Source: Candidatus Pacearchaeota archaeon
GTDB taxonomy: Archaea > Nanobdellota > Nanobdellia > Pacearchaeales > GW2011-AR1
Direction of reading: 5' to 3'
NCBI GenBank assembly: GCA_050124795.1
Contig: JASFEO010000004.1
Span: 1,968 to 65,967, forward strand
DNA length: 64,000 bases
How positions within the stretch are numbered: the first letter of the stretch is position 1; every line of letters starts with the position of its first letter. This document shows positions 37,047 through 46,883 of this stretch, in pieces. Made by a program: the position numbers and the translations under genes. The notes beneath the pieces are model-generated. The model was not told where the DNA came from. It worked only from the letters and a program-made list of their open reading frames with translations, and made no database searches.

Positions 37047-37973
37047 ATGGTTAATCTAATTAAAAAAATAATATTTACAAAATATCTAAATCTAAAAGGA
37101 ATTCTTGACTTTCCAAAAACAGTTCTAATTGAAACAACAAATATCTGCCCATTAAATTGTATTACTTGCCCAAGAATATTTATGAAAAGAAAAATCGGAA
37201 TAATGAATTTTGACTTATTTAAAAAAATTATTAACGAATTAAAAACAAAAAAAATAAACCACATTACATTTCATTTATTCGGCGAACCTTTGGCAAAACC
37301 AGATCTCTTATTCAGGATGTTAGATTACACTCATAAAAAAATGCCAAAAACAACCCTTAGTTTTAGTGAAAATTGTGTCTTACTAAATAAGGAAAATTCA
37401 AAAAAAATTCTAGAATCTCCCCTAAATGAAATAACTCTCTCTCTTGATGGGGCAACAAAAAAAACATACGAAAAAATAAGAGTAAACTCAAACTTTGAAA
37501 AAATAACAAAAAATGTTGAAGAATTTCTAAAACTAAAAAAACAATCAAATTCAAAATTAAAAGCAACTCTTCAAATAATCAAAATGAATGAAACTGCAAA
37601 AGAAATTGATTTATTCAGGAAAAAATGGAAACCTTTGCTCGGGAAAAATGATAAAATCCTTGCCAAAGAATTCACAACATTCGGAGGAATTGTCAAAGAC
37701 AGAAGCATAAAATCATTAAAAAGAAAAATAAAAAGATATATTAGAAATTCCCTTCCTTGCCTAGCTTTATGGTCTGGAATAAATATTCAATGGAATGGAG
37801 ATGTTGTCATTTGTTGTATGGATTGTGAAGGGCAAACAAAAATAGGGAACTGTAAAAAAAATACCTTAAAAGAAATAATAAATGGAAAAAAAATGCAAAA
37901 TCTTAGAAAAATGAATTTAAATCTTGAATTAAAAAAACTCCCCTTATGTAAAGGATGTTATAATTCTTTTTAA
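37047..37973 (+). CDS. radical SAM protein with a SPASM-like Cys-rich C-terminus
   Basis: CPLNCITC (Cx3Cx2C). C-terminal CLALW...CCMDCEG...GNC...CKGC. Confidence 0.8.
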   Translation: MVNLIKKIIFTKYLNLKGILDFPKTVLIETTNICPLNCITCPRIFMKRKIGIMNFDLFKKIINELKTKKINHITFHLFGEPLAKPDLLFRMLDYTHKKMPKTTLSFSENCVLLNKENSKKILESPLNEITLSLDGATKKTYEKIRVNSNFEKITKNVEEFLKLKKQSNSKLKATLQIIKMNETAKEIDLFRKKWKPLLGKNDKILAKEFTTFGGIVKDRSIKSLKRKIKRYIRNSLPCLALWSGINIQWNGDVVICCMDCEGQTKIGNCKKNTLKEIINGKKMQNLRKMNLNLELKKLPLCKGCYNSF

Positions 37974-37974
37974 A

Positions 37975-39093
37975 ATGAAAAAAAGGTTGCTTGAAATTTG
38001 CGGGATTTCTTCAGGCGCAGACGGAACCTGGACAAGAGTGCTTGAAGAAGCTAAAAGACTCTCAGAAGATTACGAAATATTAATTGTTTCTTCAAATTTA
38101 GAAAAAGGAAAACCAATTAAAAAAACTCAGGAAAAAATTGACAATATAAAAATAAAAAGATTTCCTGTAAAATTTAAAATAGGATATGCACTATGGTTCG
38201 ATTTTGAAAAAGAAGCGATGAAATTTAAGCCGGATGTAATAATTGCCCATGGATTTAGAAAACCTTATTTAGAATCAGCAATAAAAATAAAGAAAAAAAT
38301 GAATGCAAAACTTTTTCTTGCCACACATGCGCCTTTTGTAGAAAAAAAATTAAGAAGCTGGAAACTAAATACAATTATTTATTTCTATGACAAATTCCAT
38401 GCCAAAAAAATTCTAAACTCTTTTGATAAAATATTTTCAATATCAAAGTGGGAAATTCCTTTCTTAATAAAAAAAGGTGCAAACAAAGATAAGATAAAAT
38501 TCACTCCAAATGGAGTCTCAAAAGAAATGTTTCTCAAAGAAAAAAAAGCTAAAACAAAAAATGGGAAAATCCTTTTTTTTGGAAGAATTGACCCAATAAA
38601 AGATATAGAAACTTTAATTAAAGCACTTTCAAAAGTAAAAGAAAAATACACTCTTGATATCACAGGACCGGGAGAAGAAAGGTATATTACAAAACTAAAA
38701 GAAATAGCATCAAAGCTTAATGTCAAGGTAGAGTTTAATCCTCCAGTATATAAATTAGAAGATAAAATTAAAAAAATAGATTCTGCAGAGATCTTTGTAT
38801 TGCCAAGCAAAAGTGAAGGAGCAGGAATTGCCTTAATTGAAGCAATGGCAAGAGGAAAATTATGTATCGCAAGTAAAGCCAATGGTCCTTCAGAATTAAT
38901 TGAGGACAAAAAAACAGGTTTTTTATTTGATATCGGAAATGAAAAAGAACTTGCAGAAAAAATATCTTTTTGTCTAAAAAATAAAAACTCAGATAAAATA
39001 AAAAGTATGCAAAAAAGGGTAAAAGAGTATGCAAAAAAATATTCTTGGGATAAAATTATTGACAGGTTGAAAAAAGAAATCAATTTATCTTGA
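37975..39093 (+). CDS. GT4-family (GT-B) glycosyltransferase
   Basis: SEGAGIALIEAMARGKLCIAS...GFLF is the E-x7-E region typical of GT4. The gene starts 2 nt after the radical SAM stop. Confidence 0.8.
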   Translation: MKKRLLEICGISSGADGTWTRVLEEAKRLSEDYEILIVSSNLEKGKPIKKTQEKIDNIKIKRFPVKFKIGYALWFDFEKEAMKFKPDVIIAHGFRKPYLESAIKIKKKMNAKLFLATHAPFVEKKLRSWKLNTIIYFYDKFHAKKILNSFDKIFSISKWEIPFLIKKGANKDKIKFTPNGVSKEMFLKEKKAKTKNGKILFFGRIDPIKDIETLIKALSKVKEKYTLDITGPGEERYITKLKEIASKLNVKVEFNPPVYKLEDKIKKIDSAEIFVLPSKSEGAGIALIEAMARGKLCIASKANGPSELIEDKKTGFLFDIGNEKELAEKISFCLKNKNSDKIKSMQKRVKEYAKKYSWDKIIDRLKKEINLS

Positions 39094-39478
39094 TGACATT
39101 TCCTTCTAAATCAAGCTCAATAAAATGTTTAACATTTCCATTTTTGTATTCTTCACATTGGTTTTCTTCTAAATCATCTTCTTGTATTCGAGGAACATGC
39201 ACAATATCAATTGCATAGTTTTCAACTGTTCCTAAACATTGACTTGAAAAGTTCATTCCTTCTTCAGCTTTTTCATAATAAAGTTTCATCGCGCCCAAAA
39301 TCAATTCTTGTTGCTCAACTGCCTCTTCAGTTATCTTTGCAGGACTTCCATGTTCAACATAAAGCCCATTTTCATCTTTTATCCAAGTGTCCTCTGGCCC
39401 TCCAAAAATAAACCTAACAGCAAGCAAAACTAAAAGTAAAAAAATTACTCCAATTATAACATATGATATTTTTTTCAT
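39080..39478 (-). CDS. membrane-anchored small hypothetical protein
   Basis: N-terminal TM (ISYVIIGVIFLLLVLLAV), then an acidic soluble domain. Confidence 0.5.
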   Translation of the reverse strand: MKKISYVIIGVIFLLLVLLAVRFIFGGPEDTWIKDENGLYVEHGSPAKITEEAVEQQELILGAMKLYYEKAEEGMNFSSQCLGTVENYAIDIVHVPRIQEDDLEENQCEEYKNGNVKHFIELDLEGNVIKIN

Positions 39479-39481
39479 TTT

Positions 39482-40762
39482 CTATTCCTCTAACCTATCA
39501 TTTAATTCCCCTGCAACATTCTCAAGCATTTTCTCTTTAACTTTCTCCTTATCCTTTGCCCAATCTTTATGTCCAAGAACCCAGCCCAATTTCACAAATG
39601 CAGTCTCCCCCAACATGTCTTCTAAATAAATAACTCCTGTCGCCATTAATTCACGACCCGCAGAATATACATAAGGATCTAATCTTCCAAAAATAGTCTG
39701 GGCAGCTGCGCAAACAACAATTCCCTTATCCTGGACTTCCTTTAATTTCTTAACCCACGAATTTCTCGAGCCTGATGTTGCAATCTGCCCGATCCCTGCA
39801 AACTCAATAACAATCCCCTTATATTTTTTATCAAGATAATAATCAAGAATTTCCGGGTCCTGACCAGGATAAAATTTTACCAAAGCAACTTTCTCTTCAA
39901 ATTTATTATCAACCTTAACCTTTCCTTTTTTCCTTGTCTTATAATGCGACATAACTTCAATTCCACTCGGCATAACTTTTGCAAAAGGTTTTGAATTCAC
40001 AACTCGAAACGCATCCCTACGGGAAGAATGCATTTTTCTCACCTTTGTCCCGGGCATTGCATAACAGAATTCATCATTACTATCTGCATGACCAACTAAC
40101 ATAACTTCAGCTATATCTGAAACAGCAGCAACTGCAGAACAAAGTAAATTCAAATTCGCATCAGAACTTGCCCGGTCAATACTTCTCTGTGAATAAGTTA
40201 AAACAACCGGCTTATTCAAATCTCTTAAAAAAAACGAAAGTGCCGACGCTGTGTAATGCAAAAAATCAGTTCCATGAGTAATAATCAATCCCTGCACATT
40301 TGTTTCATTAAGAAGTTTCTCAGCTAACTTTGCAATCTTTTGCCAATCCTTAAAATCCATATTTTCTGAAAACTTCATAAATGGGATTTCAACTTTTATT
40401 ACATTTACTTTTTCAAACAATTCAGGGTAAAACCTAAACAAACTTTCAGGACTATCCAACGGATGAACCCCTCCGGTCTTTGGATCATAACGCGACGCAA
40501 TTGTCCCGCCGGTGATAATCATCGCAACATTCGGCTTTTTAGAATCTTTTTTAATTTCTAATTTTTCTTTTTTATCTTCAACCTTGCCGATAAATTTAAT
40601 TTCCAAAATATCTTTTTTACGTAATCCAATATTATAACCAGAATCAAGTTTCAAAAGAATAATCCCTTTCTCGTCCTCAGGCGCCTCTAACAAGATTCCC
40701 TCATACTCTGTCTTTGGCATAACAACTTTCACCTTGTCGCCGGGAGCAGCTTTTTGTTTCAT
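39482..40762 (-). CDS. gatD: Glu-tRNA(Gln) amidotransferase subunit D
   Basis: N-terminal AD1-like domain plus an asparaginase fold (ITGGTIASR, HGTDFLHYTA). Confidence 0.9.
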   Translation of the reverse strand: MKQKAAPGDKVKVVMPKTEYEGILLEAPEDEKGIILLKLDSGYNIGLRKKDILEIKFIGKVEDKKEKLEIKKDSKKPNVAMIITGGTIASRYDPKTGGVHPLDSPESLFRFYPELFEKVNVIKVEIPFMKFSENMDFKDWQKIAKLAEKLLNETNVQGLIITHGTDFLHYTASALSFFLRDLNKPVVLTYSQRSIDRASSDANLNLLCSAVAAVSDIAEVMLVGHADSNDEFCYAMPGTKVRKMHSSRRDAFRVVNSKPFAKVMPSGIEVMSHYKTRKKGKVKVDNKFEEKVALVKFYPGQDPEILDYYLDKKYKGIVIEFAGIGQIATSGSRNSWVKKLKEVQDKGIVVCAAAQTIFGRLDPYVYSAGRELMATGVIYLEDMLGETAFVKLGWVLGHKDWAKDKEKVKEKMLENVAGELNDRLEE

Positions 40763-40893
40763 AAATAAAGAAGAATTTGTTGGTATAAAAATTTAATGAA
40801 TTTATCTAATTAATTCAATACAAAAATAAATTAATTTCTCAATAGTAGTTACAAAATAGAAAACTTTAAAAACCAAAATTTATCTTTATTTTT

Positions 40894-41298
40894 ATGAAAA
40901 ATAATAGATTAACTTATAGAGAAAGAAGAGAATTTCTAAAATATGGTCTCGTAGCAATAGCTTCTATCGGGGCAGCTGTTTCAGGAATTAGTTCCGCAGG
41001 AATAAAAGATTGGGCAAAAAAAGAAAATGAAAAATTAAATAAAGAATCTTATAAGAAATTAATCAAAATAGTTTGCGGTGAGAAAAATATAGATGTTATT
41101 CCTTCAAGAGGTTGGCAGTTTTATGCACAAGAAAAACTCAATGAAAATCCTTGGCTAAATAATTATACTAATCCAAGAGAACTTGGAGAGTTTTATAAAA
41201 CATTTAATGGAGGAGTGGAACCTTCAATAAAAAACAGAATAATAAAAGAACCTCTTTTCAAAAATCCAAAAACAGGAATTTGTGAAAAAAGAGAATAA
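40894..41298 (+). CDS. small exported protein with a twin-arginine-type signal
   Basis: YRERREFLKYGLVAIASIGAAVSGISSAG closely matches (S/T)RRxFLK plus an h-region. Confidence 0.55.
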   Translation: MKNNRLTYRERREFLKYGLVAIASIGAAVSGISSAGIKDWAKKENEKLNKESYKKLIKIVCGEKNIDVIPSRGWQFYAQEKLNENPWLNNYTNPRELGEFYKTFNGGVEPSIKNRIIKEPLFKNPKTGICEKRE

Positions 41299-41313
41299 TA
41301 ATTCTAAAGACAA

Positions 41314-41322
41314 ATATTTAAA
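41314..41322 (+). promoter_or_regulatory. TATA-box-like element upstream of tRNA-Arg
   Basis: ATATTTAAA is centred about 26 nt upstream of tRNA position 1 (41344), preceded by purine-rich AAAGACAA. Confidence 0.45.
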
Positions 41323-41343
41323 CTCTAAATTTCTAATTTTCCT

Positions 41344-41415
41344 AGGCCGGTCGTTCAATGGATAGGATACCAGGTTTCGGCCCTGTTGATGGGGGTTCGA
41401 CTCCCTCCCGGCCTG
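41344..41415 (+). tRNA. tRNA-Arg (anticodon UCG)
   Basis: Hand-folded cloverleaf: acceptor AGGCCGG/CCGGCCU, D stem GUUC/GGAU, anticodon stem CCAGG/CCUGU with loop UUUCGGC, T arm GGGGG-UUCGACU-CCCUC, discriminator G. No encoded CCA. Confidence 0.8.
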
Positions 41416-41520
41416 TAAAAATGGGTGAGAACCCCGGGTTCGATGAGCGATTTCGTGGTAGAATCATAATCCCAGTTGATTCGTGCGAGGTCGCGAACTT
41501 CCCTCCCGGCCTGTAAAAAT
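41403..41520 (+). repeat. 20-nt perfect direct repeat of the tRNA-Arg 3' end plus flank (41403-41422 and 41501-41520)
   Basis: CCCTCCCGGCCTGTAAAAAT occurs twice. Similarity extends upstream with two indels (tcgact / gcgaactt). Confidence 0.9.
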
Positions 41521-41523
41521 AAG

Positions 41524-42210
41524 ATGGTGAATTATCAATATACATATTTAATTGGAGTTGGAATTTATTTTGTAATATGGCTTCTACTTTTTATCAAAAG
41601 AAAAGATACCAGAAAAGAAATGCTAATAATTTCATTATTATTTGGTTTAATAGGGCCACTCGTAGAAACAATTCATATTAAAGATTGGTGGAAACCTTTA
41701 ACAATCACAAACACCCCAATAGGCATTGAAGATTTTTTATTCGGATTTTTTATCGGTGGGGCAGCTTCGGTGATATACCTTCACCTATTTAATAAAAAAA
41801 TAAGAAAAAAAGATTCTAAAATTAATTTAAAGTTTAATTACTCAATACCTTTTTTATTGGCGACAACTCTTTTCTTTGGAAGTTTTTTCATTTTCAAATT
41901 AAATACATTTATCTCTTCTCTAATAGCATTAATCATCCCGATATTATTAATTTATTATTTTAGAAAAGATTTAATAAAAAATTCTATAATTTCCGGGATT
42001 TTAATATGGATTGTTATGATTGTTGGGTACACAATTTTGGATTTGATAACTCCTGGATTCTTTGAAAAATTTTGGTATTTTGAAAATATCGGCAAAATAA
42101 TGTTTTTAAAAATTCCATTAGAAGAACATATCTGGTTTTTCCTGGCCGGAGCATTCATTGGTCCGCTTTATGAATATTGGCAAGAAGCAAAATTAGTTAA
42201 TGCAAAATAA
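41524..42210 (+). CDS. polytopic membrane protein, possibly with a lycopene-cyclase-type domain
   Basis: The start was moved to ATG 41524, because the track start lies inside the tRNA-derived repeat. About 7 TMs. IPLEEHIWFFLAG resembles the PxEE motif of CrtYc/d-type domains. Confidence 0.4.
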   Translation: MVNYQYTYLIGVGIYFVIWLLLFIKRKDTRKEMLIISLLFGLIGPLVETIHIKDWWKPLTITNTPIGIEDFLFGFFIGGAASVIYLHLFNKKIRKKDSKINLKFNYSIPFLLATTLFFGSFFIFKLNTFISSLIALIIPILLIYYFRKDLIKNSIISGILIWIVMIVGYTILDLITPGFFEKFWYFENIGKIMFLKIPLEEHIWFFLAGAFIGPLYEYWQEAKLVNAK

Positions 42211-42258
42211 AACAAAACTACAACTTCTAACCTAAAACTAAAAACAGCGAAGCTATTT

Positions 42259-43752
42259 TTACCTGTTATAATTCGGAGCAGCCTTTGTAATCAAAACATC
42301 ATGCGGATGAGACTCACTAAGCCCTGCTCCTGTGATTCTGTCAAAGTCACCTTTTTCCTTTAATTCTTCAATTGATTTTGCTCCAACATAACCCATTCCG
42401 CGTCGAAGACCTCCGACATACTGAAAAATAACATCTTTTAATTTTCCTTTGTAAGGAGTCAGACCTTCAATACCCTCTGGGATTAATTTATCTTTGCCGG
42501 ATTCCTTTTGATTGTATCTTTCTCTTGACCCGGAATTTTCTTCCATTGCGCCCATTGAACCCATGCCGCGATAACTTTTCCATTGCCTGCCGTCCTTAAA
42601 AATAACTTTCCCGGGTGACTCATCTGTTCCTGACAATAAACTTCCCATCATTACTGAACTTGCGCCTGCTCCAATTGCAACTGAAATGTCTCCTGAATTT
42701 TTTATTCCTCCATCAGCGCAAACAGGAATATTAAATTCTTGAACTTGTTTTGCACAATCATAAACTGCTGAAACCTGCGGCCGACCAATTCCTGCAATAA
42801 TTCTCGTCGTGCAAATTGAACCAGGTCCCTGCCCAACTTTTATCCCGTCTGCTCCGGCTTCAGCCAATCTCCTTGCAGATTTACCAACAGAAACATTTCC
42901 AACAACAACATCCAAATCAGGAAAAAGTTTTTTTATTTTTTTCAATGTTTCATAAACAGGCAATGAATCTCCATGAGCGGTATCAATAACAACAACGTCA
43001 ATATTTTTCCTAAACAATTCTTTTGTTCTCTCTATTGCTTCCTCGCCTGTCCCGATTGCAGCGCCAACTCTTAACTGATTATTGGAATCAACATTATAGT
43101 TTTTAGCGCTACCTGTTTTTATCCTCTTTAAATCACTAAAAACATAAAGCCCCACAATCTTTTTGTCCTCAACCAAAGGCAAAACCTTTTTTTTATTTTT
43201 TATCATAATCTTGTATGCCTCATCAAGAGAAGTATCTTTTGGGGCAATAAGAAGTTCATTTGACATCAGGTCTTTAGCAAAAAGTTTTTTATCCTCGCAA
43301 AATTCAAAATCATTTCCAGTTAAAATCCCAACAAGTTCCTCATCACTATTTACAATTGGAAAACTGGTGAATCCAAAACCTTTCTCACGAATATTCCTCA
43401 GAATAAATTCAATTGAATCATCCTCATGAAAACAAATTGGTTTTTCAACTAATCCATTCAAATGAAACTTGACTTTTGCAACCTGGGCAGCCTGTTCTTC
43501 AATTGACAAATTCTTATGAATAATCCCAAGGCCTCCGAGTTTTGCAAGTTCAATTGCCATTTTCCCCTCAGTCACAGTATCCATTGCAGCTGAAACAATT
43601 GGAATTTTCAAACTAACATTTTTTGAAAACCTTGAATCAAGAGAAACCAAATCAGGCATGACTGCAGAATAACCAGACTTTAACCGAACGTCGTCATAAG
43701 TAAGCGCAACACCATTTTTACTGGCTTCTTCAAGAACTTTTTTTCCTTCCAT
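42259..43752 (-). CDS. guaB: IMP dehydrogenase with a CBS pair
   Basis: GPGSICTTR catalytic loop, [12 protein letters not shown]...VVIDTAHG, and a CBS insert. Confidence 0.95.
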   Translation of the reverse strand: MEGKKVLEEASKNGVALTYDDVRLKSGYSAVMPDLVSLDSRFSKNVSLKIPIVSAAMDTVTEGKMAIELAKLGGLGIIHKNLSIEEQAAQVAKVKFHLNGLVEKPICFHEDDSIEFILRNIREKGFGFTSFPIVNSDEELVGILTGNDFEFCEDKKLFAKDLMSNELLIAPKDTSLDEAYKIMIKNKKKVLPLVEDKKIVGLYVFSDLKRIKTGSAKNYNVDSNNQLRVGAAIGTGEEAIERTKELFRKNIDVVVIDTAHGDSLPVYETLKKIKKLFPDLDVVVGNVSVGKSARRLAEAGADGIKVGQGPGSICTTRIIAGIGRPQVSAVYDCAKQVQEFNIPVCADGGIKNSGDISVAIGAGASSVMMGSLLSGTDESPGKVIFKDGRQWKSYRGMGSMGAMEENSGSRERYNQKESGKDKLIPEGIEGLTPYKGKLKDVIFQYVGGLRRGMGYVGAKSIEELKEKGDFDRITGAGLSESHPHDVLITKAAPNYNR

Positions 43753-43854
43753 AATTAATAACTAAAAAATCCTTTTTTAATCCTTTTGGTCAAATAAAAC
43801 TTTATCCACAACTCTTAAAAATAATATTTCCCTTTTCTTATAAAAGGTGATATC

Positions 43855-44727
43855 ATGGCATTAAAAAGACACCACAAAATCATGATTGGAAGTTTCTCGA
43901 CTTTATTAATTATAGTTTTAATTTCAAACACAGTTTTTATTTATTTTTTATACGCACAATTGCAAATTTCAAATAACAATCTTGAAAAAGAAATCAAAGG
44001 AATTGAAGCAGACACACAAAGCAAAATAAATGAACTCACAACAAACTTAATTGAAACAAAAGAATCTTTAAGTAAAATTGACACCTCACTAAGCGACCTC
44101 GACGAATCTTTAAACTTGCAAATAAATAAATTAAAAGCCTCAAGTGATGACTTTTCAGGAATAGTTGAAGACGCTGTGCATTCAGTTGTCACAATCAGAA
44201 CCGATGTGGGACAGGGAACAGGATTTATAATTTCAGACAATGGATATGTTGTAACAAATGCCCATGTGTTGTCAGGAGGGAGCAGAGTTTCTGCAATAAC
44301 TTATAATCAGAAAACAATAAATGCAGATTTCATTGGATATGACTCTGACTTTGATATTGCACTATTAAAAATCTCAGGCTCTTACTCCCCCTTAGAAATT
44401 GGAGACTCTGATGATGTTTCTGTCGGACAAAAAGTAATTGCAATAGGAAATCCATTGGGCTTGCAATTCTCAGTTTCAGAAGGAATAGTCTCAGCAATTC
44501 ACAGACCCGGAATAAATTCAATTGAAGCCTATATACAAACCGACGCTGCCCTAAACCCCGGAAACTCAGGAGGACCATTAATCAACAAGAACGGAGAAGT
44601 AATTGGAATAAATAATTTCAAAGTCGGCGACGGAGAAAGTTTAGGTTTTGCACTTGAATCAAATTACATAATCAGTGCAGTTAACACAATTGCAGGGGAA
44701 GAGTTGAATCAGACTTTGATACAATAA
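43855..44727 (+). CDS. membrane-anchored trypsin-like serine protease (HtrA/S1C-like, no PDZ domain)
   Basis: N-terminal TM plus coiled coil. Catalytic triad context VTNAHV, DIALLKI, GNSGGPL. Confidence 0.85.
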   Translation: MALKRHHKIMIGSFSTLLIIVLISNTVFIYFLYAQLQISNNNLEKEIKGIEADTQSKINELTTNLIETKESLSKIDTSLSDLDESLNLQINKLKASSDDFSGIVEDAVHSVVTIRTDVGQGTGFIISDNGYVVTNAHVLSGGSRVSAITYNQKTINADFIGYDSDFDIALLKISGSYSPLEIGDSDDVSVGQKVIAIGNPLGLQFSVSEGIVSAIHRPGINSIEAYIQTDAALNPGNSGGPLINKNGEVIGINNFKVGDGESLGFALESNYIISAVNTIAGEELNQTLIQ

Positions 44728-44757
44728 TTTTAAATACATCTCTCAATTCTTTTCTTT

Positions 44758-46209
44758 ATGAATAAAAAAAATGAAAAAGCAATAACTGTGAAAAAAAATG
44801 AAAACTTTTCAGAGTGGTTTACAGAGGTAATTCAGAAATGTGAACTTGCTGATATTCGTTATAATGTAAAAGGATTTTTAGTTTTCCAGCCCTGGTCAGT
44901 TTTAGCAATGGAAAAAATGTATGACTATCTTGAAAAAGCATTGCAAAAAAAAGGACACAAGCCTTATTGGTTTCCAACAGTTATCCCCGAAGGAAATTTC
45001 AAAAAAGAATCTTCGCATGTTAAAGGATTTACTCCTGAAGTTTTCTGGATAACAAAAGGCGGAACAAAAAAATTAGAAGAACCCCTTGCATTAAGACCAA
45101 CAAGTGAAACTGCATTTTACCAAATGTTTAATTTATGGATTCGTTCTTACAAAGACTTGCCATTTAAAACTTATCAGAGAGGTAGTGTCTTTAGGCATGA
45201 AACAAAAGCAACAAGACCATTTTTAAGAACCAGGGAAATAAAATGGATTGAAACTCATTGTGTTCACGCAACTGAAGAAAACGCATTTAATCAGGCAAAA
45301 GAAGACATGAACACAACTTATGAAGTTCTGCATGATATGTTTGGAATTCCAGTAATAGTTTTTGAGCGGCCTGAGTGGGACAAATTTCCAGGAGCACACA
45401 GAACTTTTGCAGCAGATGCACTAAACCCCGACGGTAAAGTAATCCAGCAGCCTTCAACTCATATGATTTCACAAAACTTTGCAGAAGCATTTGATATAAA
45501 ATATAAAGACAAAGACGGCGAAGAAAAATTAGCATGGCTGACTTGCTATGGTCCTGCAGTCTCCAGAATTTTCGCAAGCGTAATAATAACTCATGGAGAT
45601 AACAAAGGATTAAAATTCCCATGGGGAATTGCGCCAGTGCAGGTTGCAATTGTTCCAATAAAAAATGACAAAAAAATAATTTCAAAAGCAAAAAGTTTAA
45701 AGAAAAAAATAGAAAAATTTGCAAGTGTTGAAATTGATTATTCAGAAAAAAGCCCTGGTGAAAAATTTAATTTTTGGGAAATGAAAGGAGTTCCAATACG
45801 TTTAGACATCGGTCCAAAGGACTTAGAAAAAAACCAAATAACAGTTTTCCGTCGTGACTTAGACAAAAAAGAAACAATAAAAGAAAAAGACTTAATAAAA
45901 GAAATTAAAAAAATTGCAAAAGAAACAACTCAGAATTTAATTGAATCTGCAGACAAGGTTTTTGAAGGGAGAATAAAAAATACAAAAAATTTAGAAGAAA
46001 TAAAAAAAGCAATTAAACAAGGTGCAATTGCTCGCTGTGAATTCTGTTCAGTAAATAAAAACGGAATTCCATGCGCAGAAATAATTGAAAAACAAGTTGG
46101 AGCAGAAGTCAGAGGAACCAGGTTAGACGAAAAAGAAAAAGCAAGTGGTAAATGCGCAATATGTGGTGAAGAAGCAAAAGAAATTGTTTACATTGCTAAG
46201 AGTTATTAA
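44758..46209 (+). CDS. proS: prolyl-tRNA synthetase, archaeal/eukaryal type
   Basis: Class IIa motifs (LRPTSET, FRHE, GAHRTF). C-terminal Zn-binding domain with CxxC pairs, ending in Tyr. Confidence 0.9.
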   Translation: MNKKNEKAITVKKNENFSEWFTEVIQKCELADIRYNVKGFLVFQPWSVLAMEKMYDYLEKALQKKGHKPYWFPTVIPEGNFKKESSHVKGFTPEVFWITKGGTKKLEEPLALRPTSETAFYQMFNLWIRSYKDLPFKTYQRGSVFRHETKATRPFLRTREIKWIETHCVHATEENAFNQAKEDMNTTYEVLHDMFGIPVIVFERPEWDKFPGAHRTFAADALNPDGKVIQQPSTHMISQNFAEAFDIKYKDKDGEEKLAWLTCYGPAVSRIFASVIITHGDNKGLKFPWGIAPVQVAIVPIKNDKKIISKAKSLKKKIEKFASVEIDYSEKSPGEKFNFWEMKGVPIRLDIGPKDLEKNQITVFRRDLDKKETIKEKDLIKEIKKIAKETTQNLIESADKVFEGRIKNTKNLEEIKKAIKQGAIARCEFCSVNKNGIPCAEIIEKQVGAEVRGTRLDEKEKASGKCAICGEEAKEIVYIAKSY

Positions 46210-46238
46210 ACAGCTTCGCTATATTTTTGTTTATCTAA

Positions 46239-46460
46239 CTAAAACATTTTTCTCTTTGAAGGTTTGTAGTCAATAAACCGATTCAAAAACATGTAAAAAG
46301 TCTCATACAATTTCTTAGGATCTCCAATTTTTCCAAAACAAGATTTTAATTTCGCATTATTTATTTCCCTTGATAATCCTCGAAGATTTTTACTGGATGA
46401 AGATAATTTAATCTTAAAATCATCACCTAACTCTTTCATAATTTCATTAACAAAAAACAC
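46239..46460 (-). CDS. hypothetical protein
   Basis: 73-aa ORF. No motif recognised. Confidence 0.35.
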   Translation of the reverse strand: MFFVNEIMKELGDDFKIKLSSSSKNLRGLSREINNAKLKSCFGKIGDPKKLYETFYMFLNRFIDYKPSKRKMF

Positions 46461-46696
46461 TTTTTAAAAACTTATAGAATAAACTATAAAATAGAGCATA
46501 CTAATTAGTAGAGAAATTTCTCTTTACGAAAACTATTCTTCATCCCTTATCATTGAATGCAGCTCATCTTCAAGTCGAAGAGTGAATTCCATTAAGCTGC
46601 TTAATTCTTCTTCTACCATTTTATTTTCCATTTCTTTTTTGCTCATTTTTTTGATAATTCATGAGTATCCCCCCCGAATAAACTTTTAGAAGTCTT

Positions 46697-46732
46697 GTTT
46701 AATTCAGGTTTGGATTTAACTCTGAATTAAAC
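46697..46732. repeat. hairpin motif copy A (GTTTAATTCAG-N14-CTGAATTAAAC)
   Basis: 11-bp inverted repeat. A related copy lies at 47676-47704 on the other side of ORF 46884-47612. Confidence 0.7.
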
Positions 46733-46883
46733 TCGTGTTGGTTTAATTGAAGCATAGACTAAACCAAAGCAATTTTTCCATTCCCCTAGTTTCAGTCTTT
46801 TTTCCATATCCTAAAAAATTATTTTCCCTTTTTATATCTTTTGTTTTTGATTTGTAACTTTTTACTGACGACAAAATTAATTT

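Noticed and set aside
38385-39083. 232-aa minus-strand ORF
   Set aside because: It is entirely antisense to the well-supported GT4 glycosyltransferase. It is Ser/Phe/Leu-rich low complexity, typical of shadow ORFs in AT-rich DNA.
41422-41517. 31-codon plus-strand ORF (MGENPGFDERFRGRIIIPVDSCEVANFPPGL) in the tRNA-Arg spacer
   Set aside because: It reads through tRNA-like sequence and ends inside the duplicated tRNA 3' end. It is most likely a fortuitous frame in GC-rich RNA-derived DNA.
41342-41545. 67-aa minus-strand ORF, and the 5' 48 nt of plus-strand ORF 41476-42210
   Set aside because: Both lie on the tRNA-Arg gene or its GC-rich tRNA-derived repeat. The open frames are a by-product of GC-rich RNA sequence. 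The membrane-protein start was moved to ATG 41524.
46533-46646. 37-aa minus-strand helical micro-ORF (MSKKEMENKMVEEELSSLMEFTLRLEDELHSMIRDEE)
   Set aside because: There is no SD or clear promoter. The start is ambiguous because of an adjacent A-run and an upstream out-of-frame ATG. I cannot support it from sequence alone.
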